A stretch of 64,000 nucleotides of DNA from Paraphysomonas bandaiensis (GCA_965644295.1 CBFFRP010000668.1:1-64000), one strand, 5' to 3'; shown: positions 1 to 12,933, numbered from the stretch's first letter. Numbers and translations: made by a program. The notes: a model not told the origin generated them from the letters alone.

Positions 1-1034
1 TATTTGAAGACCCCAGCTGGATTCCTACAGTGGCACATGTATTGAATTCTGAAGTATCATCTGAAACGGGGTATTCGCCTTTTGAGTTAACATTTGGTTC
101 TGAGAGTGAGAGGTATAACAATATGGGAAGGGATGAAGTACCAGAGAAAGCCCATGCTAGACTACATAAACTCAATGATAATCTAGCTCTGTTGCAACGC
201 AGTTCGAGAGAATATCAAGATAAGTTGAAGGCCAAACGTTTCAGTAAAGGCATATCTCCTCAGCGACAGAATCAGTATCAGCCGGGCGACTTTGTTTTAT
301 TTGACAAAGGGGCCAAGGTTTACCCTAAAATGTCTCATAGATACCTAGGACCATTTCAGGTTATATCGCAATATAAGAATGATATTGACTGCAAACATTT
401 GGTGACCGGAGTTGTAACAAAAGTAGATGTACGGGATGTAAAATTATATCCCGGAGACAGGGAACAAGCCTATAAAATGGCTATGCGAGATCATGATCAG
501 CATGAGATCGACACTATTTTATATTACACTGGAGACAGAGAACGGCGTTCAACAATGTTGTTTACAGTACGTTTCAAGGATGGAGATATCAGAGAGCTAC
601 CTTACAGCCAGGATTTATTTGATTCCATAGCCTATGAGGAATTCTGTAGCAGCAAGCCTTATCTACATCATCTTATTTATACCACGGATGGGGCCGCCAA
701 ATATATCAGTGAGAAGAGGAAGCAGTCAATAACTACGGTTCAACCGGGTGACGAGGTGTATGTAGATATCAGAGTATTCGGAGATGACTGGTATGATGCC
801 CTACAACTACCAGATTCGCCCACTGTTACATATGTGATGCAATTTATGCTCACTCACTGGTATCATAAAACCAGCAAGAAGCTAATTTCTGTCAAGAATC
901 CCATGACCAAAGCCACATACAGATTTGATAACTACCATGTGAAATGTTTTGTACATCGCGACTTCGATCCGACAACTATGGTACTGATAGATTCCGACTT
1001 TGCGCTACGTTTTCCCCAAGTCCATCAACATTAA
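1..1034 (+). CDS. Gypsy Pol C-terminus: integrase end, GPF motif, chromodomain-like region, extra C-terminal module (5' truncated by window)
   Basis: TGYSPFELTFG, YQPGDFVL...YLGPFQVI, HEIDTIL...FTVRFKDGD. Confidence 0.85.
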   Translation, partial: FEDPSWIPTVAHVLNSEVSSETGYSPFELTFGSESERYNNMGRDEVPEKAHARLHKLNDNLALLQRSSREYQDKLKAKRFSKGISPQRQNQYQPGDFVLFDKGAKVYPKMSHRYLGPFQVISQYKNDIDCKHLVTGVVTKVDVRDVKLYPGDREQAYKMAMRDHDQHEIDTILYYTGDRERRSTMLFTVRFKDGDIRELPYSQDLFDSIAYEEFCSSKPYLHHLIYTTDGAAKYISEKRKQSITTVQPGDEVYVDIRVFGDDWYDALQLPDSPTVTYVMQFMLTHWYHKTSKKLISVKNPMTKATYRFDNYHVKCFVHRDFDPTTMVLIDSDFALRFPQVHQH

Positions 1035-1826
1035 TTTTGACTTAGTTTTATACTGAGTTATATATTATTATCGAAAAAAAAAAAAAAAGAGAGGGAAAAA
1101 GGTAGTGTAACCCTGGGGGTTTATATAGTAGCAAGTGTAGTAGTGAAATAGGGAATTCAACAACAAGAAGAGAGTCAACAACAGAAGAAGGACAGCAAAC
1201 AGTACAAGATAATTATTTACGAAGGAAGTGCAAACATCTAGCCACGAGTCACGGAATTACAACAAGCCATTCACACTGAAGTGCATACTTGCGGCTACTC
1301 TAGGCAGTTATTAATATCACGACACTCAAAACACGTTACCCAGTATCTCTACTACTTGCAATACACGTGAAGCCAGCCGACTGCACCTGTTGTTTTACGA
1401 CGTAGAAGCAATAAGGGCAATGGAGAGAGACTTAGGTAGCATCAACGTGATGTACACACAATTCTCTCTGCATCATCCTCAGAACAGCATAAGAAGGGAT
1501 CTTCAGATGTTGCTAGTACATCCTGAACATAAATGTCTCAAGTTAAGTGCAGAACTATGGATGTACACAGCCCAATACCTCTGTGAGCTGCATTTTCATG
1601 ATGGTGCTCTGGATGTGGAGATGAGCAGGAGTTAGGACCATTCAAGAGCATACTATAGACGCTATGCATGGTGATGCTGCTAAGCAGGCATAGTGGGTGG
1701 CTATTATGGCAAGCGTGTGGCTTAAAGAGGAATATATGGAGAGAGTAAAGATGCAATACGTTTTATATGAGTTTAGGGAGTATGATAAGAGCAGTAGACT
1801 ATCAGCGAATACGGTATCACGTTACT
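1..1826 (+). mobile_element. 3' end of Ty3/Gypsy LTR retrotransposon (pol end, polypurine tract, 3' LTR ~1106-1826)
   Basis: Integrase C-terminal ORF, then A/G-rich PPT (~1073-1105) directly followed by TGTAAC at 1106. A near-inverted end GTTACT lies at 1821-1826; this right boundary is inferred. Confidence 0.8.
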
Positions 1827-1844
1827 CATTTTAGTTAGCTGTTT

Positions 1845-1940
1845 TTCAGTTTTATCACTATGGTTTTATTTCAGTTTTATGCGTAGTTTCAGTTTTATGC
1901 GCAGTTATTCAGTTTCATACGCTGTTATTCAGTTTTGTTT
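1845..1940. repeat. Degenerate ~17-bp minisatellite (TTCAGTTTTATGCG-like)
   Basis: About 5 recurrences of TTCAGTTT. Confidence 0.6.
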
Positions 1941-2116
1941 TATTGTCATAATACGTGTGGTATACACGGTGTATGCAAGAATGCATGCAGTGTGGTGTGT
2001 GTGATATAAAATGAACTTGGTTCATTCTGTAGATGCGTACCATTCTATATGTTATTCCTTGCATGTCATTGTTTTAAGTTACTTGACACTGTCTTAACAG
2101 CGATCTTTATTCTTAG

Positions 2117-3900
2117 AGGGAATACTGCGCGGCGTTATCTAGCGGATATCGTTGACCGTGTTGGGTGATTTAACAGTAATAATAAGTGTTTACTCACACC
2201 TTATTGTACATTTTGTTGGGAGCAAACCGCAAGTCTGGTTTGTGCATACGGAAGCTCGTCCGTTATTTGTGGCCCTATTCACCGTGGTGAAAGAGGTAGC
2301 AAAGCAGCTTGGGTACCCAAGTACCCGAATTCGATGCTGCGGGATGGACCACTGCAAGGCGTCCCTCAATGGTCTTCTTGATGTAGAACCTTCTGCCACG
2401 GCTGTGGACTGCAACATTCATGTGCTTAGGGGCATGGCTAAGAACAAGCACAGGCTTGTAAATAAGTTATATTTAGATACAGCGATTGGTCATGCCAAGG
2501 TAACGGGATATGTATACACTGTATGCATTATATTTAATAATATTAAACGTTTACGATGTACAGATGCTACGTGCCATATCCGAAAGGAGAATATTTATAC
2601 TAATGCGTGATGCCGTTGTTAGAGAGTGGCGAAGTAATGGTGAAGATGACTATGCAGACTGGTTTTGCAAGGTATACCTTGCTTCTAGTTCTAATACACG
2701 GCTATTGCTAATAAGACGACATTCACTACTATAGGTATACCTCGCGAGGAGTGGAATGGGGGTACATTCAACGTAGGGGCACCGGGCATACCCGGTCACG
2801 CCCCGCAGAACAATACATCGGAGTCATTATTTCGATCTATTAAGTTACAGATTAAGGAGAGGGCGGCTATGGCACATTTTATAGAGGTCTCTATTCCTTC
2901 TATGTTGAGACATCTGCGAGAAAAGTACCGGGTCACTAGGGTCAATTTCTTATGTAATGATCAGCTTGCTTTACTGCAACATGGTCACGTGCATCGAGAC
3001 TGCCTGCTTGGCGCATGCTCTATTATTGATCCAGGTCCTCAAAACTGTAAACGCATGGATGTAGTAATGAAAAGTAGAAATGAAGTCCATTGGTTAGTAA
3101 CTCCAATTTATTATATAATATGTGTCAGTAACATAAGTTTTCTAATAGGTATGTGAACTCAAAGAAAAACTTGTTCATTGAACACACCGGTGAGAATCGA
3201 ATGACCAAGTCTTTCATAGATATGTTCCATTGCGTTAAAGGAAGAGACACATATCAAGTAGAGGAATGTAGGGAGAGGTGAAATAAATATTGTACTTCTT
3301 TATTTATGAACTAATCATTCTATATAACAGATTCCTCAGTATGTTTGTTGTTCGAGAAGTTCCTTACAAAATAAAGCGTAGGACCTATACCTCTCTTATT
3401 TGCAGCTGTCCGCGGTTTTGGGACAATGGTCGTTACTGCTCCCATTCCCTAGCCGTACATCACTTGCGAGGTATGTGTATGTCACTTACACACCCTTACA
3501 TTTATTAATTATGTCCTTAGGGGACATTGATGTAAAGCACATGGCGAGCACTATCAGGCCTGCAAGGAAACGCGGCCGGCCTCGCAATGCAGCTAGGGCA
3601 CTTATCAACGATGACCCCATAGATGTGGAGGCCCTTAAGCCAGGAGACTGGAAGAACGCGTATGTTCGCCACCCACAGTACCTGAATGGTATGTGCGTGG
3701 ATTACCGCGTGGTGCCGAACCACAGAAATAAAAAAATTCTTCGCTGGCAGTGTCGGTTTTCTGATGCTCCAGATGACATCCTTGCTCATCCGAAGATTGT
3801 GGGGTTCGATGCCCATGAAATGAAGATTGCTGTGGAGCTACACCGGACTTGGTCATCAGAAACAGCCCAATTTGCATTCGACTGTGAAGACGAAGTGTGA
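2117..3900 (+). CDS. Intron-containing MULE/Mutator-like DDE transposase with SWIM zinc finger and AT-hook (5' part missing)
   Basis: GMDHCKA...DCNIHVLR (D plus CxxH motif), QNNTSESLFRSIK at ~2806-2844 (NNxxE), CSCPRFWDNGRYCSH (SWIM), RKRGRPR, in successive short exons. Confidence 0.8.
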
Positions 3901-3939
3901 GGCATATAGAATTTAATTTATGGCTATAGTATGCTCCCC

Positions 3940-4108
3940 TGTTTGACTAGGTGAATACTCGATTCCACCTAGTCAACCTAGTCATTGTGAAGTTAAAAAT
4001 CTAATTATTTAATGACTAGGTTTTTCAACCTTTTGACTAGGTTATTACACCAATTTTGGTGTGACTAGGTAATTCCCCCAATTTGACTAGGTCGAAAAAT
4101 ACATCCCG
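3940..4108. repeat. Putative right subterminal/TIR region of the MULE element with 7 TGACTAGG/CCTAGTCA motifs; resumes at 9512-9520
   Basis: Motif visible at ~3944, 3968, 3977, 4013, 4034, 4062, 4084; a homologous fragment is at 55188-55275. Confidence 0.65.
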
Positions 4109-7100
4109 TATTAGAATATGGACTGTATCCTAGTATATTCAATGTGGTACTTGAAGACAATGTACGAGAATACAGTGAAGTATGGTGATGTGTAGATGCT
4201 GTTATGATATTGAGAAAACTGAAATAGTTTGCTCTTTCAAGATATGTTTAGTAGCGAAAGGTCTACAGAAGTAGTGATTTATGCATGGCACAAAACGAGC
4301 TTGTGTTGTTTAACACAATTCGTGTAAACGATATTAATAAATCTATCTAGTCTAACAACTTAATCTCTCTTTGATCTAAGTAAAATGAGCATTTCCCAAC
4401 ATGGTAGCGAGCGAGGAGGAGAGAAGGAGGATAGAGGAGTAGTTCCTCAGTTCAACGAGACTAACGTTGAACAATGGATTGAGGACTTCGAGACATTCCT
4501 TATGAGGAAGGAACAAAGCGAGGTAGCGGTGGAACTGCCACCTAAGGAGAGCGACTTCGGGGAGCAGCCACTTACGTTGATGGAGGAGAAGGCGTACAGA
4601 CAGGCTGTGAAGAGCATTCCCCGAAAGCGCTGCGTAAATTCCATCTTACCCACAAAGCGTTCAAGGCAGAAGGGAGTGGTGTAAACAGGTTCAAAACACA
4701 TGTAATGATTGATGAGTTGAAGAAGTGTTTTGCTGGAGGGAAGCAAAATAGGATCAGTGACCTCTTAACTCAATATGGTTCTTTCCGTATGCGTCCGGAG
4801 GAGACGGCGAAGGACTACGTACTACGGTTCGAACTACTGCTGAAGGAACTACAGGAGCAGCAGCAGGATATCTCGGAGGTATCAAAAACAAGTCGACTAC
4901 GAGAAGGCTTGCTCAATGAAGAGTATGCTCAACTGAGAGTTGGATTATACTTGATGGATGATGATGTTAATTATGTAACTGTATCACGTAAGATAGAAGG
5001 CTATGATGATACTATGGCTGGGAAGGAAGCGTTGGAGAAGAAGCGTAAAAGAGTGGAGGAGCTGAACCTGATAGACAGTAAGAAACGATATCGCAGAGAG
5101 AGGGATCATCGTAAGAAGAACAACGGTAAGAAGAAGCCGATGAAGAAGGATACAGAGATTACAGGGCAGCGACCTGGAAGTGCCGAATATACTGGGTGCA
5201 GAAATTGTAAGTCAAAGGAACATCTTGCCATCGATTGTCCAGCATCGAAAAAGAAGTACTCGCAAAGCAAGAGCAAGGCTGTGAGGTTTCAAGATGGAAG
5301 GAAACCAGACAAAAGACTACTTACAGTTGAAAACATCAGGCGTGGAGAGCCAGCGGATTTGTCTGACGAAGACGAAGCAAATATGATCGAGCAACAGGAA
5401 GAGTATCACTTGTCATGTAATGTGTATGAGACGAATATATGCAGTAGTGTGCATGAGGATATTCACTATACATACATTGATACCTGTTGTTCGTCATCAA
5501 TGTTTTTGATAAATGATGTGAATATACTTGATAGTCATATGCACACATCAAAGGTTATTAATGGTTCGAAAAAAGGGTCAGAGATATGCGTCACGAGTGT
5601 AGGTTCCCGTGGAGCATGGAAGAACATTGAGGTATCAAGTCAGATAAATCGGTGTCTTTGTTCTGGACGGAAGTTGAACGATATGGGATATCGATTTACT
5701 GTATGGTATGGTATACAGATATATGACAGAAATACGGATGAGCTGGTGTTGGAGGGACCTATGAAGAATGGAATGACTGCTGTGCCAACACAGCAGTTAT
5801 TGGAGCTTCCAGACGTATCGACATCCAGTGATTCAGAAGTAAATCTCAGTGACCGTACGGGTGAGGATGAACTGGAGCTGTTACATAGGAGAGCGGGTCA
5901 TTTTAACAAGCATGCGTTGGTAGAAGCCCACAAAAGAATGCTAATTATTGGGACTGGACTGAAACGAAAACATCTCTCGAAACGTGTTTCCAAAGAACAG
6001 TGTCTATGTGATGTATGCGCCAGGGCGAAGATCACCAGAGTAAGTTTTCGGACAAAGGATGAGGACTCCGTTCGTCCAAATTTCTCGGCCGATATAGCAG
6101 TATACTTAAATTGTCCAGCTCGAGGAGGGGAAATATATGTGCTCAAACTAACACACCATGCCAGTCGGATGTTCTGGTCGGAAGGGCTTGTTCATAGGAC
6201 TGGGTCATCGGTACTGCAGGTTTTCAAGAAGATTTTTGAAGGAGATGTGAAAAGGTACAAATTAGAAATGCATCATTACCATGCAGATGGAGCAGGGGAG
6301 CTAATATGTGATGAGCTGCGACAATATCTTAGGTCACAGGGTTGCTATCAACATACGTGGAGCTCTACGGACTCTCCTGAGATGAACGCGATTGAGGAGC
6401 GGAAATTCAGGACCTGTGGTGAGATGACATTAGCGATGCTGATTCAGTCAGGATTGCCTTCACAGTTTTGGCTAGATGCCTACATGGCAGCCAGGTACAT
6501 ATTAATTCGATTGCCTACAAAGACAGCGAAGGGGTATATGTCCCCTCTTGAATTTTTGACTGGTGAGGCTCCCAACCTGAAATATCTCAGAGTATGGGGG
6601 TGTCGTGCGTATGTCCTCACTACAAAGGCGGATCGACGGAAAGACTGGGACGACAAGGCCCTTATCGGATATCTGATAGGATATTCAGATGAAAAGGTAG
6701 GATATGATGTATATCTACCTGCGACTGATAGGGTCGTCACGTCGGTACATGTATTAACTGATGAGTCCATACCGTCACGCTCGGAGAGCTATTTCGCTGA
6801 GATAGATGCTCTTCGAGTGAAGGAGGCCGAGAGACCGAAAATTGTGTCTGACTATGCGGGCTTAGAAGGTACATATCATATTGATGATGAGGATGGTCTT
6901 CTCTACAAGACCACGAGAGTAGTAGAACGAAAGGGGGTAATAGTAGCCTATCGATCTCTGGTAACTGCAGGTCGGAAGCATATCGAGCACCGGGTGCCGA
7001 TTCACGTCGAGGACGTAGTGCGAATGACTGCAGAAACTCCCGGGAATACCGGATATATAGGAAAGGGGGACGCCCTGAGTACTATGCCAGCCAGGGTGCT

Positions 7101-9511
7101 GGACCAGGGAAGACCTGGAGGGTTACAGGAGAGTCCTGACCCAACCTGTCAGGAGACAGCTGTGAGGTTGCAGACCTCTGAAGACTATGAGTCTGGGGTT
7201 GTGAGCGGGGCTCCTCCCACAACGCACGATGTGCGTGCTCAGGATGAGCAAGGTACGGGTTCTTATATACCTCGTCGACCGATTGAACTAGATGGTGATG
7301 GTCGGGTCCGACGCAAACGGCTGCAGCGGAGACTGGCAAACGCGTCAGTTTTAGGAGAGATTAATATGGTTGAAGTACCGGATGCGCATAATATTGATCT
7401 TAACCATGCAGAGACAGAAGATATCAAGATACCAAATTCATATGCCGAGGCAGAGAGATCTCCACAGTATCAACAATGGAGAAAAGCTCGAATGGTGGAG
7501 AAGACATCATTGCTGAAAAGACGTGTCTTGAAGATCGTGAAAATTCCAAGCGGAGTGAAATTAGTTAGAGCGAAATATGTGCATACGGTGAAGCGAGACA
7601 TACTAGGGAATATAGTAAAGTACAAGGCTCGGCTAGTGGCATTAGGAAATCTCCAAGAGAAGAAGGAGGAGGAGCCGTCCACTTTCGCTCCAGTGGTTAA
7701 GGGTATAACCATTAGACTAGTGTTAGCGATTGCGTTTATGTTACAGATGCATGTGCATCAATTAGATGTATCATCCGCATTTTGCTATGCAGATCTGGAG
7801 GATGACGTGTATATGGCACCTCCACCAGATGAGGAATTACTAGCTGGATGGTGTTTTCAACTAATCAAGGCATTGTATGGACTGCGATCTTCACCGCGAC
7901 AGTGGAATAAACATATTGACAAGTTTATTAAATCATTGCATTTTACTCCGTGTATTTTGGATACGTGTTTGTATATGCGATGGAGTAACGGAAAACTGCA
8001 TTTATTATTGATATATGTTGATGATATCATAATTGCATCCGCTGATCTGACTTACTTGGAAAGCGTAAAGCGTAGGTTCTGTGAAACATTCGAGATGCAT
8101 GATCTGGGAGTGTGTAAGCGATTTCTGAACATCAGGATAACCAGAGGAGAAAATTGGTATATGTTAGATCAATCTGAGTATGCTAAGAATATTATCAAGA
8201 AATTCAGCTCAGTTATGGGAAAGAGTAGTAAGAATAAGGAGGCCCCACTACCTACTAATGTTCAGGATCTGTTGGCAGAGGAACGTGAACTTACGGAGGA
8301 GCAGAAGCAGTGGGTTGACTCATTTCCGTATCGGCAAATTATTGGAGCAGTGTTGTATCTAGCAATGCATACTAGACCTGATCTGGCTTATGCAGTGGGG
8401 TTATTGTCTCGATTTAGTAGTTGTCCGACATATGCATCGTGCAAACTGGCGATTCACTTATTGAAATATTTGCGTGGAACAATTGATGAGGGCATCAGAT
8501 TCAGTGGGAGTGAGTTCGACTTACATGTGTTCAGTGATTCAGATTGGGCTGGTGATAGACTGACTCGGCGATCGACAACAGGATACATTGTGTTCTTATG
8601 TGCAGGCGCATTGGCCTGGCAGTCTAAACTACAGACCACAGTTGCAACTTCGAGCATGGAATCTGAATATATGGCGGAGTATGCGGCTATGCAAGAACTG
8701 GTGTGGCTTCGGGGGGTGTTCAAGGAGCTCGGGCTCTTAGTTGCGAAGCCGACTCCATTCTTTATGGATAGCAAGAGTGCGAAAGATCTCTCCGAGAATC
8801 CTGTGTATCATAAGAGGTCGAAGCATATAGACATCAAGTATCACTGGGTGAGAGAGCATGTAAATGGAAAATTTCCTACGGCAAAGTTGATTCATGTGTC
8901 GACGGATGATATGGCGGCTGATATTTTCACGAAGGCATTGTCAACGAAACTTTTCAGTCGTCATGAGAAAACTATTACCGGGGTTAAGAGAAGTGTGTCA
9001 ACCAGAGTTGAGGAGCAGCAGAAGAAGCGACCCCGAAGAGGTTAAAGGTGTGTTTTAGTGGGTGAGAATCCCACATAACTATATATCTAGTTGACTGCTA
9101 GTTATATATGTATCTTGATAAGATTTCACATCTATTTTACCTATGAGACTAGTTTATAGCATGAAGATCACTGTACTCATTGTTGTTTCGTATCACTGCA
9201 TTCTACATTGAGTGGGAGTATTAGAATATGGACTGTATCCTAGTATATTCAATGTGGTACTTGAAGACAATGTACGAGAATACAGTGAAGTATGGTGATG
9301 TGTAGATGCTGTTATGATATTGAGAAAACTGAAATAGTTTGCTCTTTCAAGATATGTTTAGTAGCGAAAGGTCTACAGAAGTAGTGATTTATGCATGGCA
9401 CAAAACGAGCTTGTGTTGTTTAACACAATTCGTGTAAACGATATTAATAAATCTATCTAGTCTAACAACTTAATCTCTCTTTGATCTAAGTAAAATGAGC
9501 ATTTCCCAACA
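4109..9511 (+). mobile_element. Full-length Ty1/Copia LTR retrotransposon (5403 bp), recent insertion
   Basis: LTRs 4109-4401 and 9219-9511 appear identical; 5-bp TSD TCCCG (4104-4108 and 9512-9516); PBS TGGTAGCGAGC at 4402; PPT GAGTGGGAG before 9219. Confidence 0.97.
4385..9045 (+). CDS. Copia Gag-Pol (Gag, PR, IN, RT, RNase H) with a frame break near 4605-4615
   Basis: CRNCKSKEHLAIDC knuckle; YIDTCCS protease site; HRRAGH..CDVC; SADI/HADG/NAIEERK; YKARLVA, QLDV, YVDD; SDSDWAGD, RSKHID; domain order IN-RT-RH. Confidence 0.95.
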
Positions 9512-10003
9512 TCCCGTACCTATAATCACCCCGTTACACCTATGAGTTGACTTCACCTATTGCACACTATTAACTCACTTCAATTGCACAATATATATCA
9601 CATCATATTGCAGAACTCAACAAGCACAATATGACTAATCCTAAGCAGTTCCACACTCGGCAATAGGATACTGATGGGATCCACAAGTGCAAATGAGAGA
9701 GTTAAAAAGACTTAAATCTTTACTTACTCAAGAATACGCATTGACGACGCAAGCACAACTACAAACCAGACTACTATATTTAATTCGGTGTTGGCTGCAA
9801 CATCAAACTACTAACACTTTCTAAATCAATATATAACATGTTGCAAGCCGAACTACTCGTTTGACATCATCACTACTTCCATTCAACAGTACATTCCCTG
9901 CACAGGGGTAGAGAACAGACAGTATACACAGGTACTCACAACAAACAGCGATCGTGGAGCAACGGTCTTATGCACACCTTAGGACCCACCGGTCACCTAA
10001 ATT

Positions 10004-12933
10004 CTACGACGTAATAACCAGATCCAGAGGATTTGGCTGCCTTCCTCTCGAGCCAGGTACCCGTGGGGAATCCGACAAAAGCGCAGAATTCACTCTGTAC
10101 GCAAAAAAATACATATGAGGAAGGGAACATATATGTTGGCAAAAAACTCACATTGGCGATCCACCCTGATCGAAAAGGTTGAAAGCATAATCACGTTTCA
10201 CCAGCTCTGACACCTTTTTGCGCACCCACTCATAAAACCTCTTGAATTGGAATATTTCCAGCTGTCCTCGTACGAACTCAACAAGATATAGGGGGGGGCC
10301 GTTGCCGTGATTGGTAGGCGTGGCCGATATCTCCGTAGGACGTGACCCGTAGGAACACGCCGGACTGCGGTCGAAAGGCAGATCTCTTGCCGGGGAAGCG
10401 GGCGGCGTTGAGCTGGGAAGCTGATATAGATGCAACGCACAGAGTGGAGGACTAGAAGGATGACAATCTGAAGATCCCCACACATCTAACCGGTAACTGT
10501 CCCAATGCAACTCCACCCGCCCAATAAGTCCAATGGGACTTGCGGTCTTGTGTAAGCGACACTGCTCTAAAATTCCTTCCACAGTCTCTAAGACTTCATC
10601 GGCAGGGACAGAGGTAATGAATCGTGTGGATCGTTTAACCGCGTCGTGGAATGACGGCGGATGAGCATTCGCGTGAGGATGAGAAGGTGGGGGTGTATGT
10701 GGAAGTGACCCTGTGGCTTGCATACCTGTTAACGTGCTCTCGATACTATCCCGGGGGGTGTAGGGGATGCCCATAATACCACCTAGTTCCGCCTCAGCGT
10801 GCACTCTGCTCGTGATGAGGTCCGGAGTTCCGGCAACAACATAAGGCACAGAGTGAGGCGGAATAGGAGGGGGCGTAGTGAAACCACGACGTTGGGTCGC
10901 ACTAACCGGAGCCGTAGAGACTGATGGGGACTGCGTCGAAGCTGATCCAAGCACTGTCCTGTATTCTCCGGGAGGGCAGATGCTGCGAAAGCCTATATCC
11001 ATACTATCACCACCACTTCTGCAGAAGGTGTTGTCCGGAACACTACCTACACTTTCCTCGAAGAGCGACTTCGATCCTGTCACTAGCCCTTCCAATTCAT
11101 CCGATCGATGGGGGTGAGAATGTTGCCCGTGTGAGCAGCTCCGCTTCGACTTCTTCGATGCGTTACCAGAATCCTCAACTCCACCATCCTCTCCGCTCTC
11201 TGAAAAGTCATCCATTTCAAATTGGGCAGCGGAATCTACCCCCTCCCCTCCTTCATCGTCCTCGCTCATGCTCATGCGCACCAACAAATCCTCGCCAATC
11301 GCCTGTGCAGACTCCTCCGATAGCATTGGAGTGAGAGCAGTGGAGGGTGGTGGTGTAGATATACGCATTATGTCCACTATTTCACAGCAGTCAACAGTAC
11401 TCTCATCCATATCGCTTCCACTGGTTGCCCCAGTCGTGTCCCCTGTTAGTTTCTCCTTATTGGCGGAAGGAAGAGGAGGGGTAGGAACGGGAGGTGGATC
11501 TGGTTTGCACCACTGGTGGTTCTGTGCTTCCTGCACAGATATACGCATAGAAGGGTCAGGTAGCAACATTGCCACTATCAAACTTCGGGCCAATCGAGAG
11601 AATTTAGAGGAAAACAGCCATGACGGACAAACCAAGTCCGGGTCAATCCAAAAACGGGGAGATTTTGCACACTGCTCTGCAGCCCATAAACCGAATTGTT
11701 TGAAGCGCTTGCAGGTAGCTAGTTCCTGCGCGAAGGGAAGGTTCCCAGCCAACATAGCATATAGTATAACCCCTAGTGACCACGCATCTGCCTTTCTGCC
11801 GTCATAACCTTGCGCCTGCAGTACTTCCGGAGCCACATAGAAGGGGCTACCTACCACACTGCGGAGGATACGCATGGGGGAGCTCAGGTAGGAGCTCGGG
11901 ACACCAGTGGTACTGCCTGAACTTTCAGACCAGTCCTCATCTTGAGCTGCCATCGCAACTCGTGCTGAAAATCCAAAATCAGCAATCTGATGCAACGCGA
12001 GTAAGCAGTAGATACAATAAACTAAAACGATGTCCAGTTACCTTCAGAGTAGACCCATCTGCAGTTGATGAGGTGTCCTGCAGAAGAAGGTTCTCAGGCT
12101 TAAGGTCTTAGAAACATAAGAAACAAAAATTAGGAAATGAAGACATAACTGAGCTACACACCTCTGTGACACACGCCTTCATCATGGCAGTGGCGCACAC
12201 CGGATAATAGCTGCATAAAAAATCTCTTAGCAGTTTTTTCACGAGTACCACAATCAATCTTGATCCTGTCAAATAATTCACCACCGTTCGCCAGCTCCAT
12301 TACCAGGAATATGGTACACTTGGAGTCCTGGGCAAGTTCGAGGACATTCTCCAGCTTAATTACGTTTTCATGGGGACTTATTTTGCGCATGTTGTTTATT
12401 TCTCGAAATATTCGCTGACGACGTCTCACAAAATCGGCATACTTTGGAGGGATTGTCGGTGTTCCAATTTGCCCCGTGGCTATTTTTACGCGGTCTGTGG
12501 AGGCGGATTCACTCAATCTAGGACTGGAACCCCATATATTCATGCACTGCACAAGCGAGAGCTCGTGAAGTGCCCGTTGTCGTTCACTATAATACGCCGC
12601 CAAGTATTGTTTAGTGCTCCCATTCAGCAACCACCACACATGGTCCGTAGTCAAAGCTTCTTTAGATCGCTCTGCAGCCTCCGAAACGGGTCGTCCTTTA
12701 GATATTACAGTGCATCTTCTTATAAGCGCTGGGGACAACATCTTATATCCCAAAGGGTTCAATATCTTCAAAGCGAAATGTTCCTTCGTTTTGATATGCT
12801 CTGCCTCGTAAACGGTACCCGCCGCTCCACCTCCGAGAAAATTACCAACTTCATAGAGAGGAACACGGTTCTCTAACCACACAGTCTGTCCATCATACGA
12901 CGCAACTTTAAGCACGTCGTCGAAATCTTCCAT
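10004..12933 (-). CDS. Ser/Thr kinase, CAMK group (SnRK/CIPK-like) with C-terminal KA1-like domain; 4 exons
   Basis: LGGGAAGTV, ALK, GGELFDRI, HR|DLKPENLLL, IADFG, GSPFYVAPE, DAWSLGV; introns 12161-12107, 12041-11987 and 10151-~10096; C-terminal TRFITS...VEFVRGQLEIFQFKRFY. Confidence 0.92.

Noticed and set aside
4600-4705. Inversion within gag
   Set aside because: The plus strand is open in the Pol frame, so a deletion or frameshift explains it more simply.
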